The notes beneath the pieces are model-generated. The model worked only from the letters and a program-made list of their open reading frames with translations. It did not search any database and was not told where the DNA came from. Made by a program: the position numbers and the translations under genes. 64,000 nucleotides of DNA from the human T2T-CHM13v2.0 reference genome, Homo sapiens: assembly GCF_009914755.1 (NCBI RefSeq), contig NC_060948.1; one strand, 5' to 3'. Shown here one piece after another: positions 26,801 to 41,800 of the stretch (position 1 is its first letter; the number at the start of each line of letters is the position of its first letter).

Positions 26801-29800
26801 AATGGAATCGAATGCAATGGAATGCTATGGAATGGAATGGAATGCATTGGAATGGAATGTCCTCTAATGGAATGGATTCGAGTGGAATGGAATCGAATAT
26901 AATGGAGTCGAATGAAATGGAATTGAAAGGAATGGGATCGAATAGAATGGAATATACTGAAATGTAATGTAATGAACTCGAATGTAATTGACTGGAATGG
27001 AATGTACATGAATGGAATGTAATCGAATGGAAAGTAATCCAATGGAATAGAATCTAATGCAATAAAACCGACTCAGATAGAGTAGAATGTAATGGAATGG
27101 AGTGCAGTGCAATGGAATGGAATGGAATTGAATGCAATGGAATGGAATGGAATGGAATGGAATGGAATGGAATGGAATGGAATGGGATGGAATGGTATGG
27201 AATGGATAGTAATGGACTGGAGTGAAATGGACTGGAAAGGAATGGACTCAAATTGAAAGGGCTCGAAAGGAATGGAGTCAAATGGAATGGTCTGGAATGG
27301 AATGAACACGAATGTAATGCAATGCAATAGAATGGAAACGAATGGCATGGAATATAAAGAAATGGAATCGAAGAGAATGGAAACAAATGGAATGGAATTG
27401 AATGGAATGGAATTGAATGGAATGGGAACGAATGGAGTGAAATTGTATGCAGTAGAAGGGAATAGAATGGAATGCAAGCGAAAGGAAAGGAATGGATTGG
27501 AATGGAATGGAATTCATTGGAATGGAAGGGAATGTAGTGTAATGGACAGGCCTGGAATAAAGTGGAATGCTACGGTCTCGAATGGAATAAAAATGTATGG
27601 AATGGAATGCAATGAAACGGAATCGAATGTCATAGAATGTAATGGAATGCAAAAAAATGGAATCCAAAATCATTGACTGGAAAGGCTGGGTGTCGAAAGG
27701 AATTGACTCCAATGGAATGGAATCGAATGGAATGGAAGTGAATAGAATCGAACTAAATCAAATGGAATGGAATTGATAGGAACGGAATGGAAAGGAATGC
27801 AATGATTTGGCATGGAATGGAATCGAATGGCATCGAATGGAATGGAATGGAATGCAATGGAATGGAATGTATTAGAATGTAATGAACTTTAATGGAATGT
27901 ACTCGAATGGATTCGACTGGAATGGAATGTTCTGGAAGTGAATGGACTCCAATGGAATGGATTCAAAAGGAATGGAATCGTACGGAATGGAATCTAATGG
28001 AATGGAATTAAATGGAAATGAATCAAATTGAATAGCACGGAATTGAATTGAATGGAATGGAATGCAATGGAATCTAATGAAACGGAAAGGAAAGGAATGG
28101 AATGGAATGGAATGGGCTGGAATGGAAAGGAATCGAAACGAATGGAATGGAATCGAACTGAAGAGACTGGAATGGAATGCACTGGAATGGAAGGGAGTGT
28201 AATGGAAGGTTCTCGAAAAAAATGGAATGGAATGGAATGGAATTGAATGGAACGGAATAGAGTCGAATGGAATTGAATGGAATGGAATGGACTAGAGTGA
28301 AATGGAATCGAACCACAAGGAATGGACAGGAATAGAATGGTCTCGAATTGAATGGAATCGTATGGAATGGCATCAAACGGAATGGAATGGACAGCCACGG
28401 AATGGAATGCACTCGAATGCAATGGAGTCGAAACTAATGGACTGGAATAGAATGGACTCGACTGGTACGGACTCCAATGGAATGGAATCGAATGGAAGGG
28501 AATCGAACGGAATGGACTCGAAGGGAAAAGACTGCAATGGAAAGGTCTCGAATGGAATGGAAATTAATGGAATGGAATGGAATCGAATGAAATGGAGTCA
28601 AAAGGAATGGAATCGAATGGCAAGAAATCGAATGTAATGGAATCGCAAGGAATTGATGTGAACGGAACGGAATGGAATGGAATCCAAAGGAATGGAATAG
28701 AATGGAATGGAATCGAATGGAAAGGACTCGAATGGAAATCACTCGAATAGAATGCAATTTAATAAAATAGGATCAAATGTAATGGAATGGAATGGAAAGG
28801 AATCGAAACGAAAGGAATGGAGACAGATGGAATGGAATAGAACAGAGAGCAATGGTATAGAATGGAAAGGAATCATCTGGAATGGAATTGAATGGAATGG
28901 AATAATATGAAATGGAATGGAATGGAATGGAATGGAATGCCCTTGAATTAAATGGACTGGAATGGAATGGACTCGAACAGAGTGGAATGGAAAGTGTTGA
29001 GATAGAATGGAATGGACTCGTTTGGAATGGTCTAGTATGCAATGCAATCGACTGGCAGGGAATCAAAAGGAATGTAATCGAATGGATTGGACTGGAATGC
29101 AATGGACTCGAATAGATTGCAAACGGAATGCAAAGGAATGGAATGGAATAGTATGGAATGGAATGGAAAGGAATGGAGTGGAATAGACTAGACTGGAATG
29201 GAATGGACTGGAAAGCAATGGACTGGAATGGAACTTTCTTGAATGGACTGGAATCAAACGGAATGGAATGCAATGCAATCAAATGGCATGGAATAAAATA
29301 GAATGAAAGAGAATCAAATGGAATTGAATCGAATGGAATCGAATGGATTGGAAAGGAATAGAATGGAATGGAATGGAATGGACTAGAATGGAATGGATTC
29401 GAATGGAAGGCAAAGGAATGGAATCTATTGGAATGGACTGTAATGGAATGGAATGGAAGTGATTGGAATGGACTCGAATGGAATGGACTGCAATAGAAAG
29501 GATTCGAATGGAATGAAAAAGAATTGAATGGAATAGAACAGAATGGAATCAAATCGAATGAAATGGAATGGAATAGAAAGGAATGGTATGAAATGGAATG
29601 GAAAGGATTCGAATGGAATGCAATCGAATGGAATGGAATCGAACGGAATGGAATAAAATGGAAGAAAACTGGCAAGAAATGGAATGGAAATGAATGGAGT
29701 GTTATGGAACGGACTCAAAAGGAATTGAATGTAATAGAATGGAGTGGAGTGGACTCGAATATAATGGACTGGAATGGAATGAAATCACATGGAATGGGAA

Positions 29801-32800
29801 CGAATGGAATGGAATGGAAAGGAATGGAATCGAATGGAAAGGAATCGAATGGAAGGGAATGAAATTGAATCAACAGGAATGGAAGGGAATAGAATAGACG
29901 GTAATGGAATGGAATCGAATAGAATGGACACGAATGCTCAAATTGAATGGACTCGAATGGAATGGAAACGAAAGGAATGTCATCGAATGGAATTGAATCG
30001 ATTGGAATGAAATCGCATAGAATGGAGTGGAATCAAATGGAATTGAATCGAAAGGAAAGGAAGCGAATGGACTGAAATGAAATGGAATGGAATTGAATGG
30101 AAAGTAATGCAATGGAATAGAATGGAACGAAATTTCACGGAATGGAATCAAACTGAATGGAATCAAATCAATGGAATCCAATCAAATGGAATGGAGTAGA
30201 TTGGATTGGATGGGATTGGAATGAAATGTACTGGAAAGGGCTCGAATTTCATGAAACGGAATGGAATGAATTGGAACGGAATGGACTCGAATGGAATGGA
30301 ATGTCATAGAATGGCATCAAATGGAATGGCATCAAATGGAATGGAATCGAATGCAATGGAATGCTATGGAATGGAATGGAATGCACTTTAATGGAATGTC
30401 CTCTAATGGAATGGATTCGAGTGGAATGGAATCGAATATAATGGAGTCGAATGAAATGGAATTGAAAGGAATGGGATCGAATACAATGGAATATACTGGA
30501 ATGTAATCTAATGAACTCGAATGTAATTGACTGGAATGGAATGTACATGAATGGAATGTAATCGAATGGAAAGTAATCCAATGGAATAGAATCTAATGCA
30601 ATAAAATCGACTCAGATAGAGTAGAATGTAATGGAATGGAGTGCAGTGCAATGGAATGGAATGGAATGGAATGCAATGGAATGGAATGGAATGGAATGGA
30701 ATGGAATGGAATGGAATGGAATGGGATGGAATGGTATGGAATGGATGGTAATGGACTGGAGTGAAATGGACTGGAAAGGAATGGACTCAAATTGAAAGGG
30801 CTGGAAAGGAATGGAGTCAAATGGAATGGTCTGGAATGGAATGAACACGAAAGTAATGCAATCCAATAGAATGGAATCGAATGGCATGGAATATAATGAA
30901 ATGGAATCGAAGAGAATGGAAACAAATGGAATGGAATTGAATGGAATGGAATTGAATGGAATGGGAACGAATGGAGTGAAATTGTATGCAGTAGAAGGGA
31001 ATAGAATGGAATGCAAGCGAAAGGAAAGGAATGGATTGGAAAGGAATGGAATTCATTGGAATGGAAGGGAATGTAGTGTAATGGACAGGCCTGGAATAAA
31101 GTGGAATGCTACGGTCTCGAATGGAATAAAAATGTATGGAATGGAATGCAATGAAACGGAATCGAATGTCATAGAATGTAATGGAATGCAAAAAACTGGA
31201 ATCCAAAATCATTGACTGGAAAGGCTGGGTGTCGAAAGGAATTGACTCCAATGGAATGGAATCGAATGGAATGGAAGTGAATAGAATCGAACTAAATCGA
31301 ATGGAATGGAATTGATAGGAACGGAATGGAAAGGAATGCAATGATTTGGCACGGAATGGAATCGAATGGCATCGAACGGAATGGAATGGAATGCAATTGA
31401 ATGGAACGTATTAGAATGTAATGAACTTTAATGGAATGTACTCGAATGGATTCGACTGGAATGGAATGTTCTGGAAGTGAATGGACTCCAATGGAATGGA
31501 TTCAAAAGGAATGGAATCGTACGGAATGGAATCTAATGGAATGGAACTAAATGGAAATGAATCAAATTGAATAGCATGGAATTGAATTGAATGGAATCGA
31601 ATGCAATGGAATCTAATGAAACGGAAAGGAAAGGAATGGAATGGAATGGAATGGGCTGGAATGGAAAGGAATCGAAACGAATGGAATGGAATCGAACTGA
31701 CGAGACTGGAATGGAATGCACTGGAATGGAATGGAGTGTAATGGAAGGTTCTCGAAAAAAATGGAATGGAATGGAATGGAATTGAATGGAACGGAATAGA
31801 GTCAAATGGAATTGAATGGAATGGAATGGACTAGAGTGAAATGGAATCGAACCACAAGGAATGGACAGGAATAGAATGGTCTCGAATTGAATGGAATCGT
31901 ATGGAATGGCATCAAACGGAATGGAATGGACAGCCACGGAATGGAATGCACTCGAATGCAATGGAGTCGAAACTAATGGACTGGAATAGAATGGATTCGA
32001 CTGGTACGGACTCCAATGGAATGGAATCGAATGGAAGGGAATCGAACGGAATGGACTCGAAGGGAAAAGACTGCAATGGAAAGGTCTCGAATGGAATGGA
32101 AATTAATGGAATGGAATGGAATCGAATGAAATGGAGTCAAAAGGAATGGAATCGAATGGCAAGAAATCGAATGTAATGGAATCGCAAGGAATTGATGTGA
32201 ACGGAACGGAATGGAATGGAATCCAAAGGAATGGAATAGAATGGAATGGAATCGAATGGAAAGGACTCGAATGGAAATCACTCGAATAGAATGCAATTTA
32301 ATAAAATAGGATCAAATGTAATGGAATGGAATGGAAAGGAATCGAAACGAAAGGAATGGAGACAGATGGAATGGAATGGAACAGAGAGCAATGGTATAGA
32401 ATGGAATGGAATCATCAGGAATGGAATTGAATGGAATGGAATAATATGAAATGGAATGGAATGGAATGGAATGGAATGCCCTTGAATTAAATGGACTGGA
32501 ATGGAATGGACTCGAACAGAGTGGAATGGAAAGTGTTGAGATAGAATGGAATGGACTCGTTTGGAATGGTCTAGTATGCAATGCAATCGACTGGCAGGGA
32601 ATCAAAAGGAATGTAATGGAATGGATTGGACTGGAATGCAATGGACTCGAATAGATTGGAAACGGAATGCAAAGGAATGGAATGGAATAGTATGGAATGG
32701 AATGGAAAGGAATGGAGTGGAATAGACTAGAGTGGAATGGAATGGACTGGAAAGCAATAGACTGGAATGGAACTTTCTTGAATGGACTGGAATCAAACGG

Positions 32801-35800
32801 AATGGAATGCAATGCAATCAAATGGCATGGAATAAAATAGAATGAAAGAGAATCAAATGGAATTGAATCGAATGGAATCGAATGGATTGGAAAGGAATAG
32901 AATGGAATGGAATGGAATTGACTCAAATGGAATGGACTAGAATGGAATGGATTCGAATGGAAGGCAAAGGAATGGAATCTATTGGAATGGACTGGAATGG
33001 AATGGAAGGGATTGGAATGGACTCGAATGGAATGGACTGCAATAGAAAGGATTCGAATGGAATGAAAAAGAATTGAATGGAATAGAACAGAATGGAATCA
33101 AATCGAATGAAATGGAATGGAATAGAAAGGAATGGAATGAAATGGAATGGAAAGGATTCGAATGGAATGCAATCGAATGGAATGGAATCGAACGGAATGG
33201 AATAAAATGGAAGAAAACTGGCAAGAAATGGAATCGAAATGAATGGAGTGTTATGGAACGGACTCAAAAGGAATTGAATGTAATAGAATGGAGTGGAGTG
33301 GACTCGAATATAATGGACTGGAATGGAATGAAATCACATGGAATGGGAACGAATGGAATGGAATGGAAAGGAATGGAATCGAATGGAAAGGAATCGAATG
33401 GAAGGGAATGAAATTGAATCAACAGGAATGGAAGGGAATAGAATAGACGGTAATGGAATGGACTCGAATTGAATGGACACGAATGCTCAAATTGAATGGA
33501 CAAGAATGGAATGGAAACGAAAGGAATGTCATCGAATGGAATTGAATCGATTGGAATGAAATCGCATAGAATGGAGTGGAATCAAATGGAATTGAATCGA
33601 AAGGAAAGGAAGCGAATGGACTGAAATGAAATGGAATGGAATTGAATGGAAAGTAATGCAATGGAATAGAATGGAACGAAATTTCACGGAATGGAATCAA
33701 ACTGAATGGAATCAAATCAATGGAATCTAATCAAATGGAATGGAAAGGAATTGAATGGAGTAGATTGGATTGGATGGGATTGGAATGAAATGTACTGGAA
33801 AGGACTCGAATTTCATGAAACGGAATGGAATGAATTGGAACGGAATGGACTCGAATGGAATGGAATGGCATCAAATGGAATGGCATCAAATGGAATGGAA
33901 TCGAATGCAATGGAATGCTATGGAATGGAATGGAATGCATTGGAATGGAATGTCCTCTAATGGAATGGATTCGAGTGGAATGGAATCGAATATAATGGAG
34001 TCGAATGAAATGGAATTGAAAAGAATGGGATCGAATACAATGGAATATACTGGAATGTAATGTAATGAACTCGAATGTAATTGACTGGAATGGAATGTAC
34101 ATGAATGGAATGTAATCGAATGGAAAGTAATCCAATGGAATAGAAACTAATGCAATAAAATCGACTCAAATAGAGTAGAATGTAATGGAATGGAGTGCAG
34201 TGCAATGGAATGGAATGGAATTGAATGCAATGGAATGGAATGGAATGTTATGGAATGGAATGGAATGGATTGGAATGGGATGGAATGGTATGGAATGGAT
34301 AGTAATGGACTGGAGTGAAATGGACTGGAAAGGAATGGACTCAAATTGAAAGGGCTCGAAAGGAATGGAGTCAAATGGAATAGTCTGGAATGGAATGAAC
34401 ACGAATGTAATGCAATCCAATAGAATGTAATCGAATGGCATGGAATATAAAGAAATGGATTCGAAGAGAATGGAAACAAATGGAATGGAATTGAATGGAA
34501 TGGAATTGAATGGAATGGGAACGAATGGAGTGAAATTGTATGCAGTAGAAGAGAATAGAATGGAATGCAAGCGAAAGGAAAGGAATGGATTGGAATGGAA
34601 TGGAATTCATTGGAATGGAAGGGAATGTAGTGTAATGGACAGGCCTGGAATAAAGTGGAATGCTACGGTCTCGAATGGAATAAAAATGTATGGAATGGAA
34701 TGCAATGAAACGGAATCGAATGTCATAGAATGTAATGGAATGCAACAAAATGGAATCCAAAATCATTGACTGGAAAGGCTGGGTGTCGAAAGGAATTGAC
34801 TCCAATGGAATGGAATCGAATGGAATGGAAGTGAATAGAATCGAACTAAATCGAATGGAATGGAATTGATAGGAACGGAATGGAGAGGAATGCAATGATT
34901 TGGCATGGAATGCAATCGAATGGCATCGAATGGAATGGAATGGAATGCAATGGAATGGAATGTATTGGAATGTAATGAACTTTAATGGAATGTACTCGAA
35001 TGGATTCGACTGGAATGGAATGTTCTGGAAGTGAATGGACTCCAATGGAATGGATTCCAAAGGAATGGAATCGTACGGAATGGAATCTAATGGAATGGAA
35101 TTAAATGGAAATGAATCAAATTGAATAGCACGGAATTGAATTGAATGGAATCGAATGCAATGGAATCTAATGAAACGGAAAGGAAAGGAATGGAATGGAA
35201 TGGAATGGGCTGGAATGGAAAGGAATCGAAACGAATGGAATGGAATCGAACTGAAGAGACTGGAATGGAATGCACTGGAATGGAAGGGAGTGTAATGGAA
35301 GGTTCTCGAAAAAAATGGAATCGAATGGAATGGAATTGAATGGAACGGAATAGAGTCGAATGGAATTGAATGGAATGGAATGGACTAGAGTGAAATGGAA
35401 TCGAACCACAAGGAATGGACAGGAATAGAATGGTCTCGAATTGAATGGAATCGTATGGAATGGCATCAAACGGAATGGAATGGACAGCCACGGAATGGAA
35501 TGCACTCGAATGCAATGGAGTCGAAACTAATGGACTGGAATAGAATGGACTCGACTGGTACGGACTCCAATGGAATGGAATCGAATGGAAGGGAATCGAA
35601 CGGAATGGACTCGAAGGGAAAAGACTGCAATGGAAAGGTCTCGAATGGAATGGAAATTAATGGAATGGAATGGAATCGAATGAAATGGAGTCAAAAGGAA
35701 TGGAATCGAATGGCAAGAAATCGAATGTAATGGAATCGCAAGGAATTGATGTGAACGGAACGGAATGGAATGGAATCCAAAGGAATGGAATAGAATGGAA

Positions 35801-38800
35801 TGGAATCGAATGGAAAGGACTCGAATGGAAATCACTCGAATAGAATGCAATTTAATAAAATAGGATCAAATGTAATGGAATGGAATGGAAAGGAATCGAA
35901 ACGAAAGGAATGGAGACAGATGGAATGGAATGGAACAGAGAGCAATGGTATAGAATGGAATGGAATCATCTGGAATGGAATTGAATGGAATGGAATAATA
36001 TGAAATGGAATGGAATGGAATGGAATGCCCTTGAATTAAATGGACTGGAATGGAATGGACTCGAACAGAGTGGAATGGAAAGTGTTGAGATAGAATGGAA
36101 TGGACTCGTTTGGAATGGTCTAGTAGGCAATGCAATCGACTGGCAGGGAATCAAAAGGAATGTAATGGAATGGATTGGACTGGAATGCAATGGACTCGAA
36201 TAGATTGGAAACGGAATGCAAAGGAATGGAATGGAATAGTATGGAATGGAATGGAAAGGAATGCAGTGGAATAGACTAGAGTGGAATGGAATGGACTGGA
36301 AAGCAATGGACTGGAATGGAACTTTATTGAATGGACTGGAATCAAACGGAATGGAATGCAATGCAATCAAATGGCATGGAATAAAATAGAATGAAAGAGA
36401 ATCAAATGGAATTGAATCAAATGGAATCGAATGGATTGGAAAGGAATAGAATGGAATGGAATGGAATTGACTCAAATGGAATGGACTAGAATGGAATGGA
36501 TTCGAATGGAAGGCAAAGGAATGGAATCTATTGGAATGGACTGTAATGGAATGGAATGGAAGGGATTGGAATGGACTCGAATGGAATGGACTGCAATAGA
36601 AAGGATTCGAATGGAATGAAAAAGAATTGAATGGAATAGAACAGAATGGAATCAAATCGAATGAAATGGAATGGAATAGAAAGGAATGGAATGAAATGGA
36701 ATGGAAAGGATTCGAATGGAATGCAATCGAATGGAATGGAATCGAACGGAATGGAATAAAATGGAAGAAAACTGGCAAGAAATGGAATCGAAATGAATGG
36801 AGTGTTATGGAACGGACTCAAAAGGAATTGAATGTAATAGAATGGAGTGGAGTGGACTCGAATATAATGGACTGGAATGGAATGAAATCACATGGAATGG
36901 GAACGAATGGAATGGAATGGAAAGGAATGGAATCGAATGGAAAGGAATCGAATGGAAGGGAATGAAATTGAATCAACAGGAATGGAAGAGAATAGAATAG
37001 ACGGTAATGGAATGGACTCGAATAGAATGGACACGAATGCTCAAATTGAATGGACTCGAATGGAATGGAAACGAAAGGAATGTCATCGAATGGAATTGAA
37101 TCGATTGGAATGAAATCGCATAGAATGGAGTGGAATCAAATGGAATTGAATCGAAAGGAAAGGAAGCGAATGGACTGAAATGAAATGGAATGGAATTGAA
37201 TGGAAAGTAATGCAATGGAATAGAATGGAACGAAATTTCACGGAATGGAATCAAACTGAATGGAATCAAACCAATGGAATCAAATCAAATGGAATGGAAA
37301 GGAATTGAATGGAGTAGATTGGATTGGATGGGATTGGAATGAAATGTACTGGAAAGGACTCGAATTTCATGAAACGGAATGGAATGAATTGGAACGGAAC
37401 GGACTCGAATGGAATGGAATGTCATGGAATGGCATCAAATGGAATGGCATCAAATGGAATGGAATCGAATGCAATGGAATGCTATGGAATGGAATGGAAT
37501 GCATTTTAATGGAATGTCCTCTAATGGAATGGATTCGAGTGGAATGGAATCGAATATAATGGAGTCGAATGAAATGGAATTGAAAGGAATGGGATCGAAT
37601 ACAATGGAATATACTGGAATGTAATGTAATGAACTCGAATGTAATTGACTGGAATGGAATGTACATGAATGGAATGTAATCGAATGGAAAGTAATCCAAT
37701 GGAATAGAATCTAATGCAATAAAATCGACTCAGATAGAGTAGAATGTAATGGAATGGAGTGCAGTGCAATGGAATGGAATGGAATGGAATGCAATGGAAT
37801 GGAATGGAATGGAATGGAATGGAATGGAATGGAATGGTGTGGAATGGATAGTAATGGACTGGAGTGAAATGGACTGGAAAGGAATGGACTCAAATTGAAT
37901 GGGCTCGAAAGGAATGGAGTCAAATGGAATGGTCTGGAATGGAATGAACACGAATGTAATGCAATCCAATAGAATGGAATCGAATGGCATGGAATATAAA
38001 GAAATGGAATCGAAGAGAATGGAAACAAATGGAATGGAATTGAGTGGAATGGAATTGAATGGAATGGGAAGGAATGGAGTGAAATTGTATGCAGTAGAAG
38101 AGAATAGAATGGAATGCAAGCGAAAGGAAAGGAATGGATTGGAATGGAATGGAATTCATTGGTATGGAAGGGAATGTAGTGTAATGGACAGGCCTGGAAT
38201 AAAGTGGAATGCTACGGTCTCGAATGGAATAAAAATGTATGGAATGGAATGCAATGAAACGGAATCGAATGTCATAGAATGTAATGGAATGCAACAAAAT
38301 GGAATCCAAAATCATTGACTGGAAAGGCTGGGTGTCGAAAGGAATTGACTCCAATGGAATGGAATCGAATGGAATGGAAGTGAATAGAATCGAACTAAAT
38401 CGAATGGAATGGAATTGATAGGAACGGAATGGAAAGGAATGCAATGATTTGGCATGGAATGGAATCGAATGGCATCGAATGGAATGGAATGGAATGCAAT
38501 GGAATGGAATGTATTAGAATGTAATGAACTTTAATGGAATGTACTCGAATGGATTCGACTGGAATGGAATGTTCTGGAAGTGAATGGACTCCAATGGAAT
38601 GGATTCAAAAGGAATGGAATCGTACGGAATGGAATCTAATGGAATGGAATTAAATGGAAATGAATCAAATTGAATAGCACGGAATTGAATTGAATGGAAT
38701 GGAATGCAATGGAATCTAATGAAACGGAAAGGAAAGGAATGGAATGGAATGGAATGGGCTGGAATGGAAAGGAATCGAAACGAATGGAATGGAATCGAAC

Positions 38801-41800
38801 TGAAGAGACTGGAATGGAATGCACTGGAATGGAAGGGAGTGTAATGGAAGGTTCTCGAAAAAAATGGAATGGAATGGAATGGAATTGAATGGAACGGAAT
38901 AGAGTCGAATGGAATTGAATGGAATGGAATGGACTAGAGTGAAATGGAATCGAACCACAAGGAATGGACAGGAATAGAATGGTCTCGAATTGAATGGAAT
39001 CGTATGGAATGGCATCAAACTGAATGGAATTGACAGCCACGGAATAGAATGCACTCGAATGCAATGGAGTCGAAACTAATGGACTGGAATAGAATGGACT
39101 CGACTGGTACGGACTCCAATGGAATGGAATCGAATGGAAGGGAATCGAACGGAATGAACTCGAAGGGACAAGACTGCAATGGAAAGGTCTCGAATGGAAT
39201 GGAAATTAATGGAATGGAATGGAATCGAATGAAATGGAGTCAAAAGGAATGGAATCGAATGGCAAGAAATCGAATGTAATGGAATCGCAAGGAATTGATG
39301 TGAACGGAACGGAATGGAATGGAATCCAAAGGAATGGAATAGAATGGAATGGAATCGAATGGAAAGGACTCGAATGGAAATCACTCGAATAGAATGCAAT
39401 TTAATAAAATAGAATCAAATGTAATGGAATGGAATGGAAAGGAATCGAAACGAAAGGAATGGAGACAGATGGAATGGAATGGAACAGAGAGCAATGGTAT
39501 AGAATGGAATGGAATCATCTGGAATGGAATTGAATGGAATGGAATAATATGAAATGGAATGGAATGGAATGGAATGGAATGCCCTTGAATTAAATGGACT
39601 GGAATGGAATGGACTCGAACAGAGTGGAATGGAAAGTGTTGAGATAGAATGGAATGGACTCCTTTGGAATGGTTTAGTATGCAATGCAATCGACTGGTAG
39701 GGAATCAAAAGGAATGTAATCGAATGGATTGGACTGGAATGCAATGGACTCGAATAGATTGGAAACGGAATGCAAAGGAATGGAATGGAATAGTATGGAA
39801 TGGAATGGAAAGGAATGGAGTGGAATAGACTAGAGTGGAATGGAATGGACTGGAAAGCAATGGACTGGAATGGAACTTTCTTGAATGGACTGGAATCAAA
39901 CGGAATGGAATGCAATGCAATCAAATGGCATGGAATAAAATAGAATGAAAGAGAATCAAATGGAATTGAATCGAATGGAATCGAATGGATTGGAAAGGAA
40001 TAGAATGGAATGGAATGGAATTGACTCAAATGGAATGGACTAGAATGGAATGGATTCGAATGGAAGGCAAAGGAATGGAATCTATTGGAATGGACTGTAA
40101 TGGAATGGAATGGAAGGGATTGGAATGGACTCGAATGGAATGGACTGCAATAGAAAGGATTCGAATGGAATGAAAAAGAATTGAATGGAATAGAACAGAA
40201 TGGAATCAAATCGAATGAAATGGAATGGAATAGAAAGAATGGAATGAAATGGAATGGAAAGGATTCGAATGGAATGCAATCGAATGGAATGGAATCGAAC
40301 GGAATGGAATAAAATGGAAGAAAACTGGCAAGAAATGGAATCGAAATGAATGGAGTGTTATGGAACGGACTCAAAAGGAATTGAATGTAATAGAATGGAG
40401 TGGAGTGGACTCGAATATAATGGACTGGAATGGAATGAAATCACATGGAATGGGAACGAATGGAATGGAATGGAAAGGAATGGAATCGAATGGAAAGGAA
40501 TCGAATGGAAGGGAATGAAATTGAATCAACAGGAATGGAAGGGAATAGAATAGACGGTAATGGAATGGACTCGAATAGAATGGACACGAATGCTCAAATT
40601 GAATGGACTCGAATGGAATGGAAACGAAAGGAATGTCATCGAATGGAATTGAATCGATTGGAATGAAATCGCATAGAATGGAGTGGAATCAAATGGAATT
40701 GAATCGAAAGGAAAGGAAGCGAATGGACTGAAATGAAATGGAATGGAATTGAATGGAAAGTAATGCAATGGAATAGAATGGAACGAAATTTCACGGAATG
40801 GAATCAAACTGAATGGAATCAAATCAATGGAATCTAATCAAATGGAATGGAAAGGAATTGAATGGAGTAGATTGGATTGGATGGGATTGGAATGAAATGT
40901 ACTGGAAAGGACTCGAATTTCATGAAACGGAATGGAATGAATTGGAACGGAATGGACTCGAATGGAATGGAATGTCATGGAATGGCATCAAATGGAATGG
41001 CATCAAATGGAATGGAATCGAATGCAATGGAATGCTATGGAATGGAATGGAATGCATTGGAATGGAATGTCCTCTAATGGAATGGATTCGAGTGGAATGG
41101 AATCGAATATAATGGAGTCGAATGAAATGGAATTGAAAAGAATGGGATCGAATACAATGGAATATACTGGAATGTAATGTAATGAACTCGAATGTAATTG
41201 ACTGGAATGGAATGTACATGAATGGAATGTAATCGAATGGAAAGTAATCCAATGGAATAGAAACTAATGCAATAAAATCGACTCAAATAGAGTAGAATGT
41301 AATGGAATGGAGTGCAGTGCAATGGAATGGAATGGAATGGAATGCAATGGAATGGAATGGATTGGAATGGAATGGGATGGAATGGTGTGGAATGGATAGT
41401 AATGGACTGGTGTGAAATGGACTGGAAAGGAATGGACTCAAATTGAAAGGGCTCTAAAGGAATGGAGTCAAATGGAATGGTCTGGAATGGAATGAACACG
41501 AATGTAATGCAATCCAATAGAATGGAATCGAATGGCATGGAATATAAAGAAATGGAATCGAAGAGAATGGAAACAAATGGAATGGAATTGAATGGAATGG
41601 AATTGAATGGAATGGGAAGGAATGGAGTGAAATTGTATGCAGTATTAGAGAATAGAATGGAATGCAAGTGAAAGGAAAGGAATGGATTGGAATGGAATGG
41701 AATTCATTGGAATGGAAGGGAATGTAGTGTAATGGACAGGCCTGGAATAAAGTGGAATGCTACGGTCTCGAATGGAATAAAAATGTATGGAATGGAATGC

